Below, piece after piece: positions 12,366 through 24,654 of a stretch of 45,478 nucleotides of DNA. The translations under genes and the position numbers were made by a program. The first letter of the stretch is position 1; every line of letters starts with the position of its first letter. The notes under the pieces were generated by a model. It saw only the letters and a list, made by a program, of their open reading frames with translations. It was not told where the DNA came from and searched no databases. The DNA lies in NCBI RefSeq assembly GCF_001194135.2, contig NC_068981.1, forward strand, positions 153,850,280 to 153,895,757, in the 5' to 3' direction. The stretch comes from Octopus bimaculoides (Eukaryota).

Positions 12366-13747
12366 AACTGTAAGTGGTTGAGTGATTGTATAGCAAGCAT
12401 GTTGAAATTGATAATAGCACAGCCATAAGTATTGATAAATTTCATCCTCCTCACTCCAGTCCTGTAAGTAAATAAAGACATTTTCAAAACCACTGCCCTT
12501 GTGAAACAGTTGAGTTAGATGATAGAATAGAGGAAGCTTAGTGAGAGCTAATGTAACAACTTCTTTGACAACATCCATGCTGTAAGTTTACTACAGTTTA
12601 CCTCATCTCCAATGTTTACCAAGTTACGTACTCAGTTAATATGTACACAGTGAAAAATTAATGCATATTTAAACAATTAGTAAACATCCTTGAAGCATTC
12701 TGAAAGTTACCAGGACAATTATAAATTGACCAATCAGAGAACAGCATTTACAGATGATTAGGACACAATGAATCTGGAATGTTCTGTTGTTGTCTGATTG
12801 ATTGGTATTGTACTCTTTTGTAGAGAGGCAGCAGCCTGAAGTGCATGCTCTCTACCTGACATTTACACAATCCCCCACATTCTCTTTTACCACCCTCACA
12901 AAGAGGAGAGGTAGGGATAAAAAGAGAAGCAGTAAAAGTTATGAAAAATAGAGAAATTGCTAAAATAACCTATAATAATCCAAAACTGTCATTCGACATG
13001 TTTTTATGTGTCACAAGCTACAAGTTTAGAATATATATATATAACACAGGTCTAACTACTATAGACAGAAACTGGCCCCAAATCCCATATTCTAAATTCA
13101 TATAATATACAAAAAAAAAAAAAAACTTTTAAAAAGACACTCTTGTCTGATTTGACTAAAGCTTGGATGTTATTTCAAGCAGATGAAACAAGCACACAGA
13201 GGCTTTCAAACATGGGGAAGACATTTCAATTACGTTACTAATGGAAATTTAACAACTTACTGAACAAATGGAGAGATAAAACAATATTAGCACCATATCA
13301 TATATTGTCATATTGACTCTTTTTGTTTGGAAAAAAAAAAAGTACATTCTTAGTTAAAAGTATATTACCAAAAACAAATACCATAAAAAATTCATATATA
13401 ATACAATCTTTCCCACCAGAATCAAGATTAAAATCAGGTATATATAATACATGGTAATTTAGGCTGCAAACTCTTCCCTACTCTTATTAAGAAAATACAT
13501 ACAATAATGTAATGAACCTTTATTATTTCTTAGATTATTGTTTTATATCAATTTCATCACTTTCATTATCCAGGCTGATTTTCTATAGCCAGATGCTTTT
13601 CCCATTACCAACCTTTGCCTATCACCAAGCAAGGTAATATTTCCCTTGGTCCTTCATACATGAACACCACAATGACCAGACAGGTTTCCTCTATTGATTG
13701 TAAACTAACAAGACTGCTTATATGATGGGATCTTCATTTACAATTAA

Positions 13748-13871
13748 GAGTTATTGTAACTGCAATTCCATTATTTAAGCAGAATGGTATACATCTAAGT
13801 TTCCTATACTGATATAGGAAACATATGTATACCATTCTGCTTAAATAATGGAACTACAGATACAATATCCC
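13748..13871. repeat. 124-nt foldback inverted repeat (palindromic MITE or hairpin RNA)
   Basis: Perfect 29-bp stem 13766-13794/13825-13853, 4x2 internal loop, 10-bp inner stem 13799-13808/13813-13822, CTGA loop, imperfect outer arms. Confidence 0.9.
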
Positions 13872-13962
13872 TGCACATCTCACGTCTGTTTTCATCCCTC
13901 CACTTCACTCTCTATTTCATATCTTCTCTAGAATAACTATTGCTTAACCATTTTCTCACACC

Positions 13963-14010
13963 GTCTCCAATGAAGGGATATATAAAATATCCCGGAAACA
14001 GCTGTAAGAC
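13963..14010 (+). ncRNA. Degenerate minimal type I hammerhead ribozyme (Penelope-like element type)
   Basis: gtct CCAATGA a GGGATAT ataaa ATATCCC g GAA ACAGCTGT A agac: 4-bp helix I, 7-bp helix II, palindromic helix III, GUA cleavage triplet. Core has two substitutions versus CUGAUGA. Confidence 0.55.
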
Positions 14011-14195
14011 CTTCACTTTATAAATGTTCTGAACTCTCACATTCTGTTAATTTTTTATATATATGCATGCTAATGCATGACCTACATTGGACTCCTCATT
14101 CACATAATCACTGAACCTGGAGCTTAACTATAGTCTGTCCATAGCACTTACCTGACACCTTTGGGTCTTCTTGGCACCATTACCTCTCATAACCT

Positions 14196-14231
<36 letters not shown>

Positions 14232-14233
<2 letters not shown>

Positions 14234-14420
14234 TGCCGGTGGCACGTAAAAGCACCCACTACACTCTCGGAGTGGTTGGTGTTAGGAAGGGCATCCAGCT
14301 GTAGAAAATCTGCCAAATCAGATTGGAGCCTGGTGTAGCTATCTGGTTCACCAGTCCTCAGTCAAATCGTCCAACCCATGCTAGCATGGAAAGCGGACGT
14401 TAAACGATGATGATGATGAT
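14232..14420 (+). mobile_element. Family A RTE-type tail inserted in (TA)n
   Basis: Highly similar to 19-234; (TA)n on both sides. Confidence 0.85.
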
Positions 14421-15252
14421 ATATATATATATGAGAGAGAGAGAGAAACATCACTATTTATTAATTGAACATGACTGACATAAACACTCATACACATAGA
14501 GAGAAATATGCTCACACACATCAGCAGAGAAAGAGATGGGGAGAGGTGAGAGAAACATTGAAATGTCTGATGTGAAATAAGTCAGTGTCAAATCAGTGAT
14601 GTTGAAATGGTCATGCTGAAATGTCACGAACCCTTGTGGTATTGTATTAGAAATGAACTTTTTACAGTATTTGAACCAACATTTTCATTTAAAATACATA
14701 TATATTTACACACGCACACACGCGCGCACGCACACACACATATTTACTTAGACAGAGACACACACACTATATATATTTACATATTTGCATTAACCTTGAC
14801 TCATAATCAGGTGCTTAGCTCTGAGACTCAGAACTAAGCACCCAAACAATCAAGAATGTTTATTTCAATCATGTAAAACTCTAAGTCATGTGATTATGAG
14901 TCAAACTAATGATGTAGATAAAATATGAATTCTATAAAAATATTGAATGCATTTTTTTTCTTTTGTTTCTTCATATACATACATTTCAATTAAGATGCCA
15001 AGTTTTACAAAAAAAAATTTCATACATATTTTATTTCTTCTGTTCAAAAATGTAACCATTTCCTAGACACACACATACACACAAAGTAATTAGAGATAGA
15101 AACTTTCTATAGATCTCATATAGTCAAAAGAGCAAACTAGTAAAAAAACACTACAAAATCACTGATTTTGATACTTTATATTCGGTTCTTTCACTTTAAT
15201 TTAAATAAAATTTAAAAGGAGAATATAAATAGTTACCAACTATCACCTAATC

Positions 15253-15494
15253 CAGTGGCTCTCAACCATTTTTTGCCTATGGACCCCTTTGATTCCTATT
15301 TTCCTTTAATGGGCCTTGATAGCCATTTGACGAGCATAAAAAAAAACCCATCCTACTGTATTTTTATAATTAAATACTATTAGGAATTGCATGAAAAAAA
15401 TTTAGATATTTTATGTATTGTAGATGTATAAACAATTTATTGTATGCAAATTTTAACAACAAAATTTTATATGGACCCTGGTTGAGAACCACAA
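15253..15494. mobile_element. hAT-type MITE (Charlie-like TIR)
   Basis: TIR CAGTGGCTCTCAACC / GGTTGAGAACCACAA (12/15); 8-bp TSD ACCTAATC / ACCTCATC (7/8). Confidence 0.75.
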
Positions 15495-15584
15495 ACCTCA
15501 TCCATAAAATTTAGATAAGAAAATTTAGAAAGTCAATGTACATATGAAACTCAACAAATAGAAATATTTCTATTTGTAAACAAG

Positions 15585-15790
15585 AATAATTATCATTTCC
15601 AATAGAGGCACAATGCCTGAAATTTGGGGAGGGGATTAGTCGATTACATTTATCCCAGTACTTCACTAATACTTATTTTTATCAACCCCAAAAGGATGAA
15701 TGACAAGGGTTTTGAACTCAAAACATAAAGAGTTGGAAGAAAGACCACTGAGCATTTTGCCCAACATGCTAACAATTCTGCCAGCTCAAT
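15585..15790 (-). mobile_element. tRNA-derived SINE family E
   Basis: Reverse complement of the 32605-32820 type (tggcagaattgttag..gagttcaaa..catcctttcggggtcgataaaataagtac-like core). Confidence 0.75.
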
Positions 15791-15859
15791 AATGATGGAC
15801 TCTTCTGTCAAAGATGACATATGAGCATTCAGTTTTTTTACCAAATGACCGAATGACCT

Positions 15860-16105
15860 GCACAAATGATTTATTCATAGTGATGAAATGTTTGTGCCAC
15901 ACATTAGCTCACACTCTCCTCTCCATCAAATCAATGTTGTCTGAACAGGTGCATAGTGTACCACGCATCAAGTGTCAAAGTGATCAAAGAGCAACATGAG
16001 ATGAAGCATTTTGCTCAAGAACACAATGCCCCACCTAGTCTAGGAATCGAAATCACAATCTCATGATCATGAGTGCAACACCCTAACCACTAAGCCATGC
16101 ACCCT
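15860..16105 (-). mobile_element. tRNA-derived SINE family F
   Basis: Reverse complement of 1815-2010, plus head (catggcttagtggttaggg..gatttcgattcc). Confidence 0.7.
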
Positions 16106-16139
16106 CATATGCTGAGTTTCATATGTACAGTGACTTTCT

Positions 16140-16590
16140 AATAATAATAATCATATTTTCAACAATAGGCACAAAGCCTGAAATTTTAGGATCAAGGGCT
16201 AGTCAATTACATTAACTCCCTAGTGCACAACTGGTACTTATTTCATAAGCCCTGCAAAGTCAACCTTGGTAGAATTTGAACTCAGAATATAAAGGCAGGG
16301 AAAATTTTTAGTGGCATTTTGTTAAACATGCTAACAATTCTGCCAGCTTGGTGCTTTATTATATTACTATTATTATTATTATTATTATCATTATTATTAA
16401 TGGTTTCAAATTTGGGTATGAGGCCAGCAATTTTGGGGGAGGTGTAAGTTGATTACAATAAGCATGATGCTCAAAGGGTACTTATTTTATCAACCCCAAA
16501 AGATGAAAGGCAATCTCAGAATGTAAAGATGGATGGAATGTCAATAGGTATTTCACCCAGCATGCTAACTATTCTGTCAGCTTGCCATAA
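16140..16590 (-). mobile_element. Two tandem family E SINEs separated by (ATT)n
   Basis: Copies at about 16140-16335 and 16370-16590. Confidence 0.7.
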
Positions 16591-18971
16591 TAATAATAAT
16601 ATAAACATTATTTTCACACATTAATTATTTTAATAAATTTCTCAGAAAAAGCCTTTTTAGCCCTTTTACCATTTTTTCTATTTTTTAAGTTACATTTCGT
16701 TTCTCTTTCCTCCCTAACATTATGACTTCTGCACCTCAAAGATGTTTGTCTTTCAACACATACACATTACCTTAAACAATTTGTTGCCACCCATATGGTA
16801 TTTCTCAAACTCAACTGAACCTTTCTTTTGCTGTACTACTTAAGGACTTGTTTCCACAACATTCTAGAAATAATTTAACTTCACAGAAAGGAAAAAAATT
16901 TTTTTAAATACTAAAGACCCCCTTAACTATTTTCCTTTATCCTAGGAAAGACTGAGAAACATTGTCAGTCTACCCTTCCTTTTCTATGGAGAGAAAGAGA
17001 GAGAGAGAGGTGGGGGAATTAGTACATTTTGGATGGCAAAGCACCAAGAAACCAAAATACTTGAACCTAGGTAAACTAACAAAGTAAACAACTCGAAATG
17101 CTTCAAGAGAAAATCTGTTTTTATGTGTCCATTGATTATAAATTAATATTTTATAATTCAGTTTCTAATCAACACAGAAACAAAATATGAAATTCTAATG
17201 CAGAATTACAAATACTGGACTTGATTATTTATTACATTATTAAAAATGTCGAAATCAAAATTAAATTGAATACTCTATTTGGAAATTTGTAAAATGTAAA
17301 AGTAGGAATGAAGCCAGACAGTCTATTCTAAGACCACATAGTGGTTAGTATATTATATAACTACATGGAAAACAGAAGATTAATGCAGGCTTTAATGATG
17401 CAAAGAAGAAATAAAATTGGTTTCCCAATAGTTCTACTGTTTAAAGTATCAGTTATTCTTTAGAGTTGGTTAAGTAAAATGGAGCAAAAGTAAATAAGAA
17501 CATTACCATCTGTTACATACATAAATAAAAATAATAATAATAATAATGATCTAGACTAACGGTAAGAGTTGAGATAAAGGAATTTCTCAAACAAAGCTAT
17601 CAAGTTCTTCCTATTAAGTCAGGCACAAGCAATCATGAATATCTATAATTCATTTTAAATGTTACAAAACAAACAAAATTTTAAAGAAACATAGTTAAAC
17701 AAGGCAGTAAATATACTAAGATTCAAACAAAAGAAAACCAAGATTGAGTCTACTTTTTCAAAAGCTAGATGCTTTAAAAATCCTTTAAAAAGAAAATCTA
17801 ACATTTAGAAGAGATTTTTTTTTTATATCTTCCAGACTACTTGTAATCAAATTATCAAAATACATTCAGCAGAAATTGTCAGAGTGGGAGCTTAAACCAT
17901 TAATTTCAACAAGTAACACAAAATAATTTCAACTAGTATAAGTTTTCCCTGAACCGGATGGAAACAGATAAAAGTATTGGCTTAATTCAGGCAGAGTAAA
18001 TTTGTGAGAAATGTTGCATGTACAAGACAGAGGAGGAGGAGGAGGAAGAGGAGGTATATACAGGGAAAATATGTATGTGATGGACTCGACTTTCAACTCA
18101 GATTTCATCAGAGTGAACAGAAAAGTTTGTGGCAAAATGTAACAGAATTAAAAAATATTATGTATTAGAAATTTTCTTTTTCATTTTTTTTTTTTTTTTT
18201 TGTCATTTCTCATAATTTTACTTCCTGTGACACTTTTTAAGAACATATTTATATTGTTCAATTTGTTTCAAAACAAAACTGGAAATTGAATTCAAAAACT
18301 GAGAATGCTCTACAGAGTTACTAAATTAGGAATCCCAATGCCAAATTATCTGAAACAAATGCTTACTAAAAGATAATATATGAAATTATATCTGCTGTCA
18401 AATATGATATCAAGGATGTAAGCTTAAATCATGTAAACTTAGCTTCCAGACCAGACATTTGAAATCCAAGACAAATTAGGTGCCATGACTTAAATTTTTC
18501 TAATGACAGTATAATTATAAAAATATGAAAGAGAGAAATATTCAAAAACCTTTACCTAAAAATATGTATACAGCAATTAGCAAGATTTTTAAAGAATTCT
18601 TGGCTTGTTTTATGAAATAGGATTTAAAAAGGCTTAGAAATTAGTTTCATATTACTAACCTTCACTGGCATTTAATTTTCAGCCTCTTTCAAATATAGTA
18701 AAGAAAACATTTTTTAAAAGTAAATTTCCATTTCACTTTTGAGACCAAGGTACCTGAAACCAATTCAGGCTCAATGATACAAAACTTAATATTTTTAAGT
18801 GCTCATAATTAAATTTTTTAATTCAAATTAAGACCCCATTAGAATTTATATAAGGATCTTTTATAAAGATTAATTATATTCAAAAATTATCTCAAACAAA
18901 TAGGTAATATATATGGTCAAGGCAAAAGCTAAAAATCTAGGTAAAAAAGAAAAAGAACAAAAGCAAGAAGG

Positions 18972-19011
<40 letters not shown>
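18972..19011. repeat. (GT)n microsatellite
   Basis: Direct reading. Confidence 0.95.
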
Positions 19012-19014
<3 letters not shown>

Positions 19015-19553
19015 CACCTTTCAGGAAGAAAAGAAAGAAATCCTTAGTTTTACATTAGTATTAAGTTCAAGCAAAGAACTAAAATTAAAATATCAACTTA
19101 GTATTCCACTAAGTTGATATACTAAGTTGCACAAATGGAGGTAGAACCAATTAGTAAGGATGGTTTTAATTGTGTATTCCAAAGACAGAGAGCTTTTATA
19201 AAAAGAAGAAAGAAAAAAAGAGAACCCTGGATAATTCAGCTTCAACAACATAGCACAAGGAGTGAGAGAGGGGGAAGAGAGAGAGGAACAGAAAGAGAGA
19301 GAGAGAGACACACACACACACACAGAAGTAAAGATGCCCCCAAGTTATTACTATTGCAAGAGAGAGTTTTAACTATGTTAAGAATGTAGAATGAAAGAGA
19401 ACATTTTAAAGATAGCCAAAGCAGATGATGAAAACAACTCAAAATTTTTAAGACTGGAAAAATAATTATAAAGTAATCTGTTACAGGTGGTGGCAGCTAT
19501 TTGAAGAAAAGAAAACCCCAATAGATGATGGGTTTTTCAGGAAATAAAAAAAA

Positions 19554-20263
19554 NNNNNNNNNNNNNNNNNNNNNNNNNNNNNNNNNNNNNNNNNNNNNNN
19601 NNNNNNNNNNNNNNNNNNNNNNNNNNNNNNNNNNNNNNNNNNNNNNNNNNNNNNNNNNNNNNNNNNNNNNNNNNNNNNNNNNNNNNNNNNNNNNNNNNNN
19701 NNNNNNNNNNNNNNNNNNNNNNNNNNNNNNNNNNNNNNNNNNNNNNNNNNNNNNNNNNNNNNNNNNNNNNNNNNNNNNNNNNNNNNNNNNNNNNNNNNNN
19801 NNNNNNNNNNNNNNNNNNNNNNNNNNNNNNNNNNNNNNNNNNNNNNNNNNNNNNNNNNNNNNNNNNNNNNNNNNNNNNNNNNNNNNNNNNNNNNNNNNNN
19901 NNNNNNNNNNNNNNNNNNNNNNNNNNNNNNNNNNNNNNNNNNNNNNNNNNNNNNNNNNNNNNNNNNNNNNNNNNNNNNNNNNNNNNNNNNNNNNNNNNNN
20001 NNNNNNNNNNNNNNNNNNNNNNNNNNNNNNNNNNNNNNNNNNNNNNNNNNNNNNNNNNNNNNNNNNNNNNNNNNNNNNNNNNNNNNNNNNNNNNNNNNNN
20101 NNNNNNNNNNNNNNNNNNNNNNNNNNNNNNNNNNNNNNNNNNNNNNNNNNNNNNNNNNNNNNNNNNNNNNNNNNNNNNNNNNNNNNNNNNNNNNNNNNNN
20201 NNNNNNNNNNNNNNNNNNNNNNNNNNNNNNNNNNNNNNNNNNNNNNNNNNNNNNNNNNNNNNN
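19554..20263. other. Assembly gap (710 N)
   Basis: N run. Confidence 1.
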
Positions 20264-20334
20264 TATATATATATATATATCCCTCTCTCTCTCTCTCTCT
20301 CTCTCTTTCGGAGAGGCACAAGCACATATACAGA

Positions 20335-20505
20335 CATATACACATACGGCAGTAACTTCCGCCTACCAAATTCAATCACAAAGCTTCGGTCAGCTCGGGG
20401 CTATAGCAGAAGACACTTGCTCAAGGTGCCACGCGGTGGGACTGAACCCAAAACCATGTAGCTGAGAAGCAAGCTTCCTAACCACACAGCCATGCCCGCG
20501 CCTAC
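20335..20505 (-). mobile_element. Family C SINE head
   Basis: caaggtgccacgcggtgggactgaaccc..cttcctaaccacacagccatgcc is the reverse complement of the 1600-1758 type. Confidence 0.8.
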
Positions 20506-21169
20506 AAAAGACCAACCCTTGAATTAGGTTTGCTAATATCAAAACATTCCAGCATGAATTTCAAACCACCAACGTCTACATTAATAGAAATGTTAAAGCC
20601 ACATTTACTATTTGCCAACCATTTTCTTCACATAGAAGTATGTGTGTCTCTATCTCTTCTCAAGCTTTCTCACAAATTATGCCATCAAAATAGATTTGAT
20701 GAACAAAAACACATGCTCTGCTTTTGGTAATTATACATGTATAGCTGCTTCTATTCTGATGAATAATAATTAAAAGTTAAAACTAGAATTCCTAATGAAA
20801 TATTCTTTATATTAAATATTCAAGCTATATTGTCTTAAAAAATGGAAAGGACATATTGAATGATGCAATCCTAAATACATTCATTATAATCAGTAGCAGC
20901 ATTTAGTATCCATTTTCCATGGTAGCATGGGTTCGATGGCTTGACTGGAAGAATGAAACAACACAGTAGCAATGAATGTACAAAGTAAATAAAAAAAATT
21001 AACATCAAAGAAAATGACTTAAGTATTTGCTCTTACATTAAAAAATAACATACTAAATGACATATGCAAATTGTTTTTACTGTTTAGACCAAGGCCAACC
21101 CTAATCTAGAAGATCTATAATCAAAAGCATTTCAAACTTGATCATCCTGTCTTTTTTTTTCAGATGATG

Positions 21170-21850
21170 GGTGGAAGTGATGAGAAGTGAGCGACACTTT
21201 TGGTGATTTGTTGTCCTCAAAAAGACTTGTCAAGCCAAATGAAATCATAGTCATGAACAGTACCGGTGACACATAAAAGGCACTAGTGCCGGTGATGCAT
21301 AAAAGGCACTAGCACTGATGACGCATAAAAGGCACTAGCGCCAGTGGTGCTTAAAAGGCACTAGCACCAGTGGTGCATAAAAGACACTGGTGCCAGTGAC
21401 GCCTAAAAGGCACTAGCCCCGGTGACAAATAAAAAGCACTAGCGCCGGTGACACATAAAAGGCACTAGTGCCAGTGACGCATAAAAGGCACTAGCATCAG
21501 TGGCACATAAAAGGCACTAGCACCGGTGGCGCATAAAAGGCACTAGCGCTGGTTACGCCTAAAAAGCACTAGTGCTGGTGACGCCTAAAAGGCACTAGCG
21601 CTGGTGACGCCTAAAAGGGACTAGTGCTGGTGACGCATAAAAGGCACTACTGCTGGCAACACATAAAAGGCAATCATGCCAGCGACACATAAAAGGCACT
21701 CAACTACACTCTTGGAGTGGTTGGGGTTAGGAAGGGCATCCAGCTGTAGAAACCAAGCCAAAATCAGACTGGAGACTGGTACAGCTCTCCAGCTTACCAG
21801 TTCCAATCAAACCATTTAACCCATGCTAGCATGAGAAACAGATGATGATA
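21170..21850 (+). mobile_element. 5'-truncated RTE 3' end carrying an expanded 26-nt array
   Basis: EVMRSERHFW*FVVLKKTCQAK* remnant (TGA 21240-21242), then the array, then the family A tail ending in gatgatgat. Confidence 0.75.
21259..21700. repeat. Minisatellite, 17 x 26 nt, consensus AGYGCCGGTGACGCATAAAAGGCACT
   Basis: Units counted at an exact 26-nt period from 21259 to 21700 with no indels. Confidence 0.95.
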
Positions 21851-22051
21851 AAATCTAGAATCCCATTTTTTAAGACAATATGGTGTACTACGAGGGAGAT
21901 GTGGCTGCTGTTTTGATGGCTCTTCAACAGATAGGAGACACCAAATGAGTAATGGTAGGTAGGTTGTTGGAGGGCCAAGTCAACAACCCAGTTTCAAATC
22001 CCTGTTGAGCCACTTCATTATATTTACTTCATGCTTACAAGTCTAGTCTAG

Positions 22052-22087
<36 letters not shown>

Positions 22088-22321
22088 NNNNNNNNNNNNN
22101 NNNNNNNNNNNNNNNNNNNNNNNNNNNNNNNNNNNNNNNNNNNNNNNNNNNNNNNNNNNNNNNNNNNNNNNNNNNNNNNNNNNNNNNNNNNNNNNNNNNN
22201 NNNNNNNNNNNNNNNNNNNNNNNNNNNNNNNNNNNNNNNNNNNNNNNNNNNNNNNNNNNNNNNNNNNNNNNNNNNNNNNNNNNNNNNNNNNNNNNNNNNN
22301 NNNNNNNNNNNNNNNNNNNNN
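22088..22321. other. Assembly gap (234 N) within (TA)n
   Basis: N run. Confidence 1.
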
Positions 22322-22517
22322 ATATATATATAGTTATTCATAGCAGGGATGCCTTTAATCAAGCAAGGCTAACCAGGGGCTAAACAATAATAATACCACT
22401 CAATACGAGCTCCATAAATATAACTGGTTAAACTTAATAAGATAAATGGATTTAAGAGCTGATAAACTAGATGAGTTTTTTTTAGAATATTTTTTGAAAT
22501 GTTCACTTTTAAACTAT

Positions 22518-22900
22518 AGGCATGGCTGTGTGATAAGATTGCTTCCCAACCACATGGTTCTGGCTTCAGTCCTACCGTGTGACACCTTGGGTAAGTATCT
22601 TCTACTATAGCCTCAGGCCAACCAAAGCTTGCGAATAGACTTGGTAGTTGGAAATTGAAAGAAGCCCATCATGTGTGTGTGTGTCTTTGTGTCTGTTTGT
22701 CCACCACCACTGCTTGGCAACTGGTGTTGGTTTGTTATGTCTCTGTAACTTAGCTGTTCAGCAAAAAGTCCGATAAAATAAGTACCAGATTCTGAAGAAA
22801 AATAAAAAGAGTACAGGGGTTGATTTGTTTGCCTAAAAATTCTTCAAAGTGGTGCTCCAGCATGGCTGCAGTTTAATGACTGAAACAAGTAAAAAAATAA
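22518..22900 (+). mobile_element. Composite SINE (head C, (GT)n, tail D)
   Basis: ggcatggctgtgtg..ggcttcagtcct..; tail ..ggtgctccagcatggctgcag..tgactgaaacaagtaaaa. Confidence 0.8.
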
Positions 22901-24654
22901 AACACTAAAAGAATACTATTTTAGCTAGTCTTGACCAATTCCTTATCACAACATTCTTGAAAAGTTTGCAATAATCCCATCCTAGCTCATAGGTATTATA
23001 ATCTCTGGTAACAGTTGAATATCATGCTTATGAATCTTTTTATTTATTTATAACCACAGAGAAAGGTGTTTAAGATTTGTGAACATCATGTCTCCTCAAA
23101 AGTTTGTCATTCCTTTTCAAATGTTGCATGCCCCACACACAAGTTTAGAATAAATAACACAGGTTGTAGTAAGTAGTGTGAAGACAAGAACTGATCTAAA
23201 AGAGCAAAAACAGAGACCTACTTCTGGTAAATATAGATACCTACCTATGCGAGTTTAGTTACATAGTACTATTGCTTGTTTGATGAGAGAGATAGAGGAA
23301 GTTATTGAAGTGCTTCAGCACAGATACTGGAAATAGGGTATGTAGACATACAATGAATTATAATAAAGCAGATGTAAGGCATTTGAGTTAAACCTTTCTT
23401 GTACATACAATAGTTCACACATCTGTGGTTTAACTATAATGATTATAATACCAGAGATTATGAAATGACAAACTACAGCTAATAGTTAATAAGATCAATC
23501 ACATTATTATCCTTAGTTTTGCTGTCTTATTTAGATTACAACTCCAGCAATAACTACTTTGATCAACTTAACACAAACCATATTGATACATTTCATAAAG
23601 ATGAAGAGCATATTTTGTTAGCTTTTTTTTACCTTTTGATTTTTTTTTAAAGGTAATCAATGCGTTCAATATTATTGAATTTCCAAACAGAATAACTTCA
23701 TTTTGAGAATTAGGTACAAACTTTGTAAGAAAGCTATTGTCTTAAGGAAGGAAACATTAGGTAAATCTGGAAAAAAAAAAAGTACAGTGAACATCATTCT
23801 TTTTTTTAATTGGGAGAGGAGGAAGGAGAGCAACACACAATGTTTTTTTGGAGGGGGGGTTCCATTATAAGTAGGGGAAAAAGAGGAAGTTACATTAGGA
23901 TCAAAGTAGAGACCTGATCCAAATGTTTGGAACAGAGTAGACTCTGCTAAACACACCTAATATCCTGGTGGTGGTGTTAGTCTGAATAAACTGAATAAGT
24001 CTACCACTCAAGAGACACACTACCTGATAGGTTCCCATATTTTCCATCTACCTAATTCTACTCCCAAGGCTTATTGCAAGATGCTGCATAGCAGGATTGA
24101 ACCTAGCACCATGAGATTTCAAAGCAAGCTTCTTACCAATCCACATTGAGCTGCGACTAAGCAACCATAACAACAGCAGCAACAAAATGATTTCAAGAAT
24201 ATAGAGAAGAAAAAATGACTGGTATCGAAAATTTCAAAGTCTATTAATCCATAAAACTGATATTGACAATTTATGAACACAAATCATTCAACTGAGCGAC
24301 TGAGTCAGCTTTGACATTCAGTGAGGCAATTCTGAAAGTCAACTCTACAGTATATTCAGTGAATTACATTAAGCAACAACAGCCAATATATATATAATTT
24401 GATTACAATGACAGCATTGCAACCATAACAACCTCAATAATTATATGAAGCATCCTGTTAGCAGTAGGAAGAAGTAGTAATACGCTCACATTTAACCTTT
24501 CCTTCATATGGGTCGTACTGGGTCAATCAATTTTACATTCTTGATAAAGTCATTGAATTATAAATTAATCAAGAAAGCCATTCTACATATTAATTTTTAT
24601 CTCCAAATATATAAAGTTTATTTATTCAAAGCTTCTCTTTCTCTTTCTGAGTTG

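Noticed and set aside
18085-18118. Minus-strand CTGATGA..GAAA hammerhead candidate
   Set aside because: Helix II is only 2-3 bp and helices I and III do not pair.
19497-20379. Long ORFs of 276-367 aa here and at 30339-31492
   Set aside because: They read through N gaps.
21259-21700. CRISPR array
   Set aside because: Fixed 26-nt period, variable parts are homologous to each other, no unique spacers, no cas genes, and it lies inside a eukaryotic retroelement tail.
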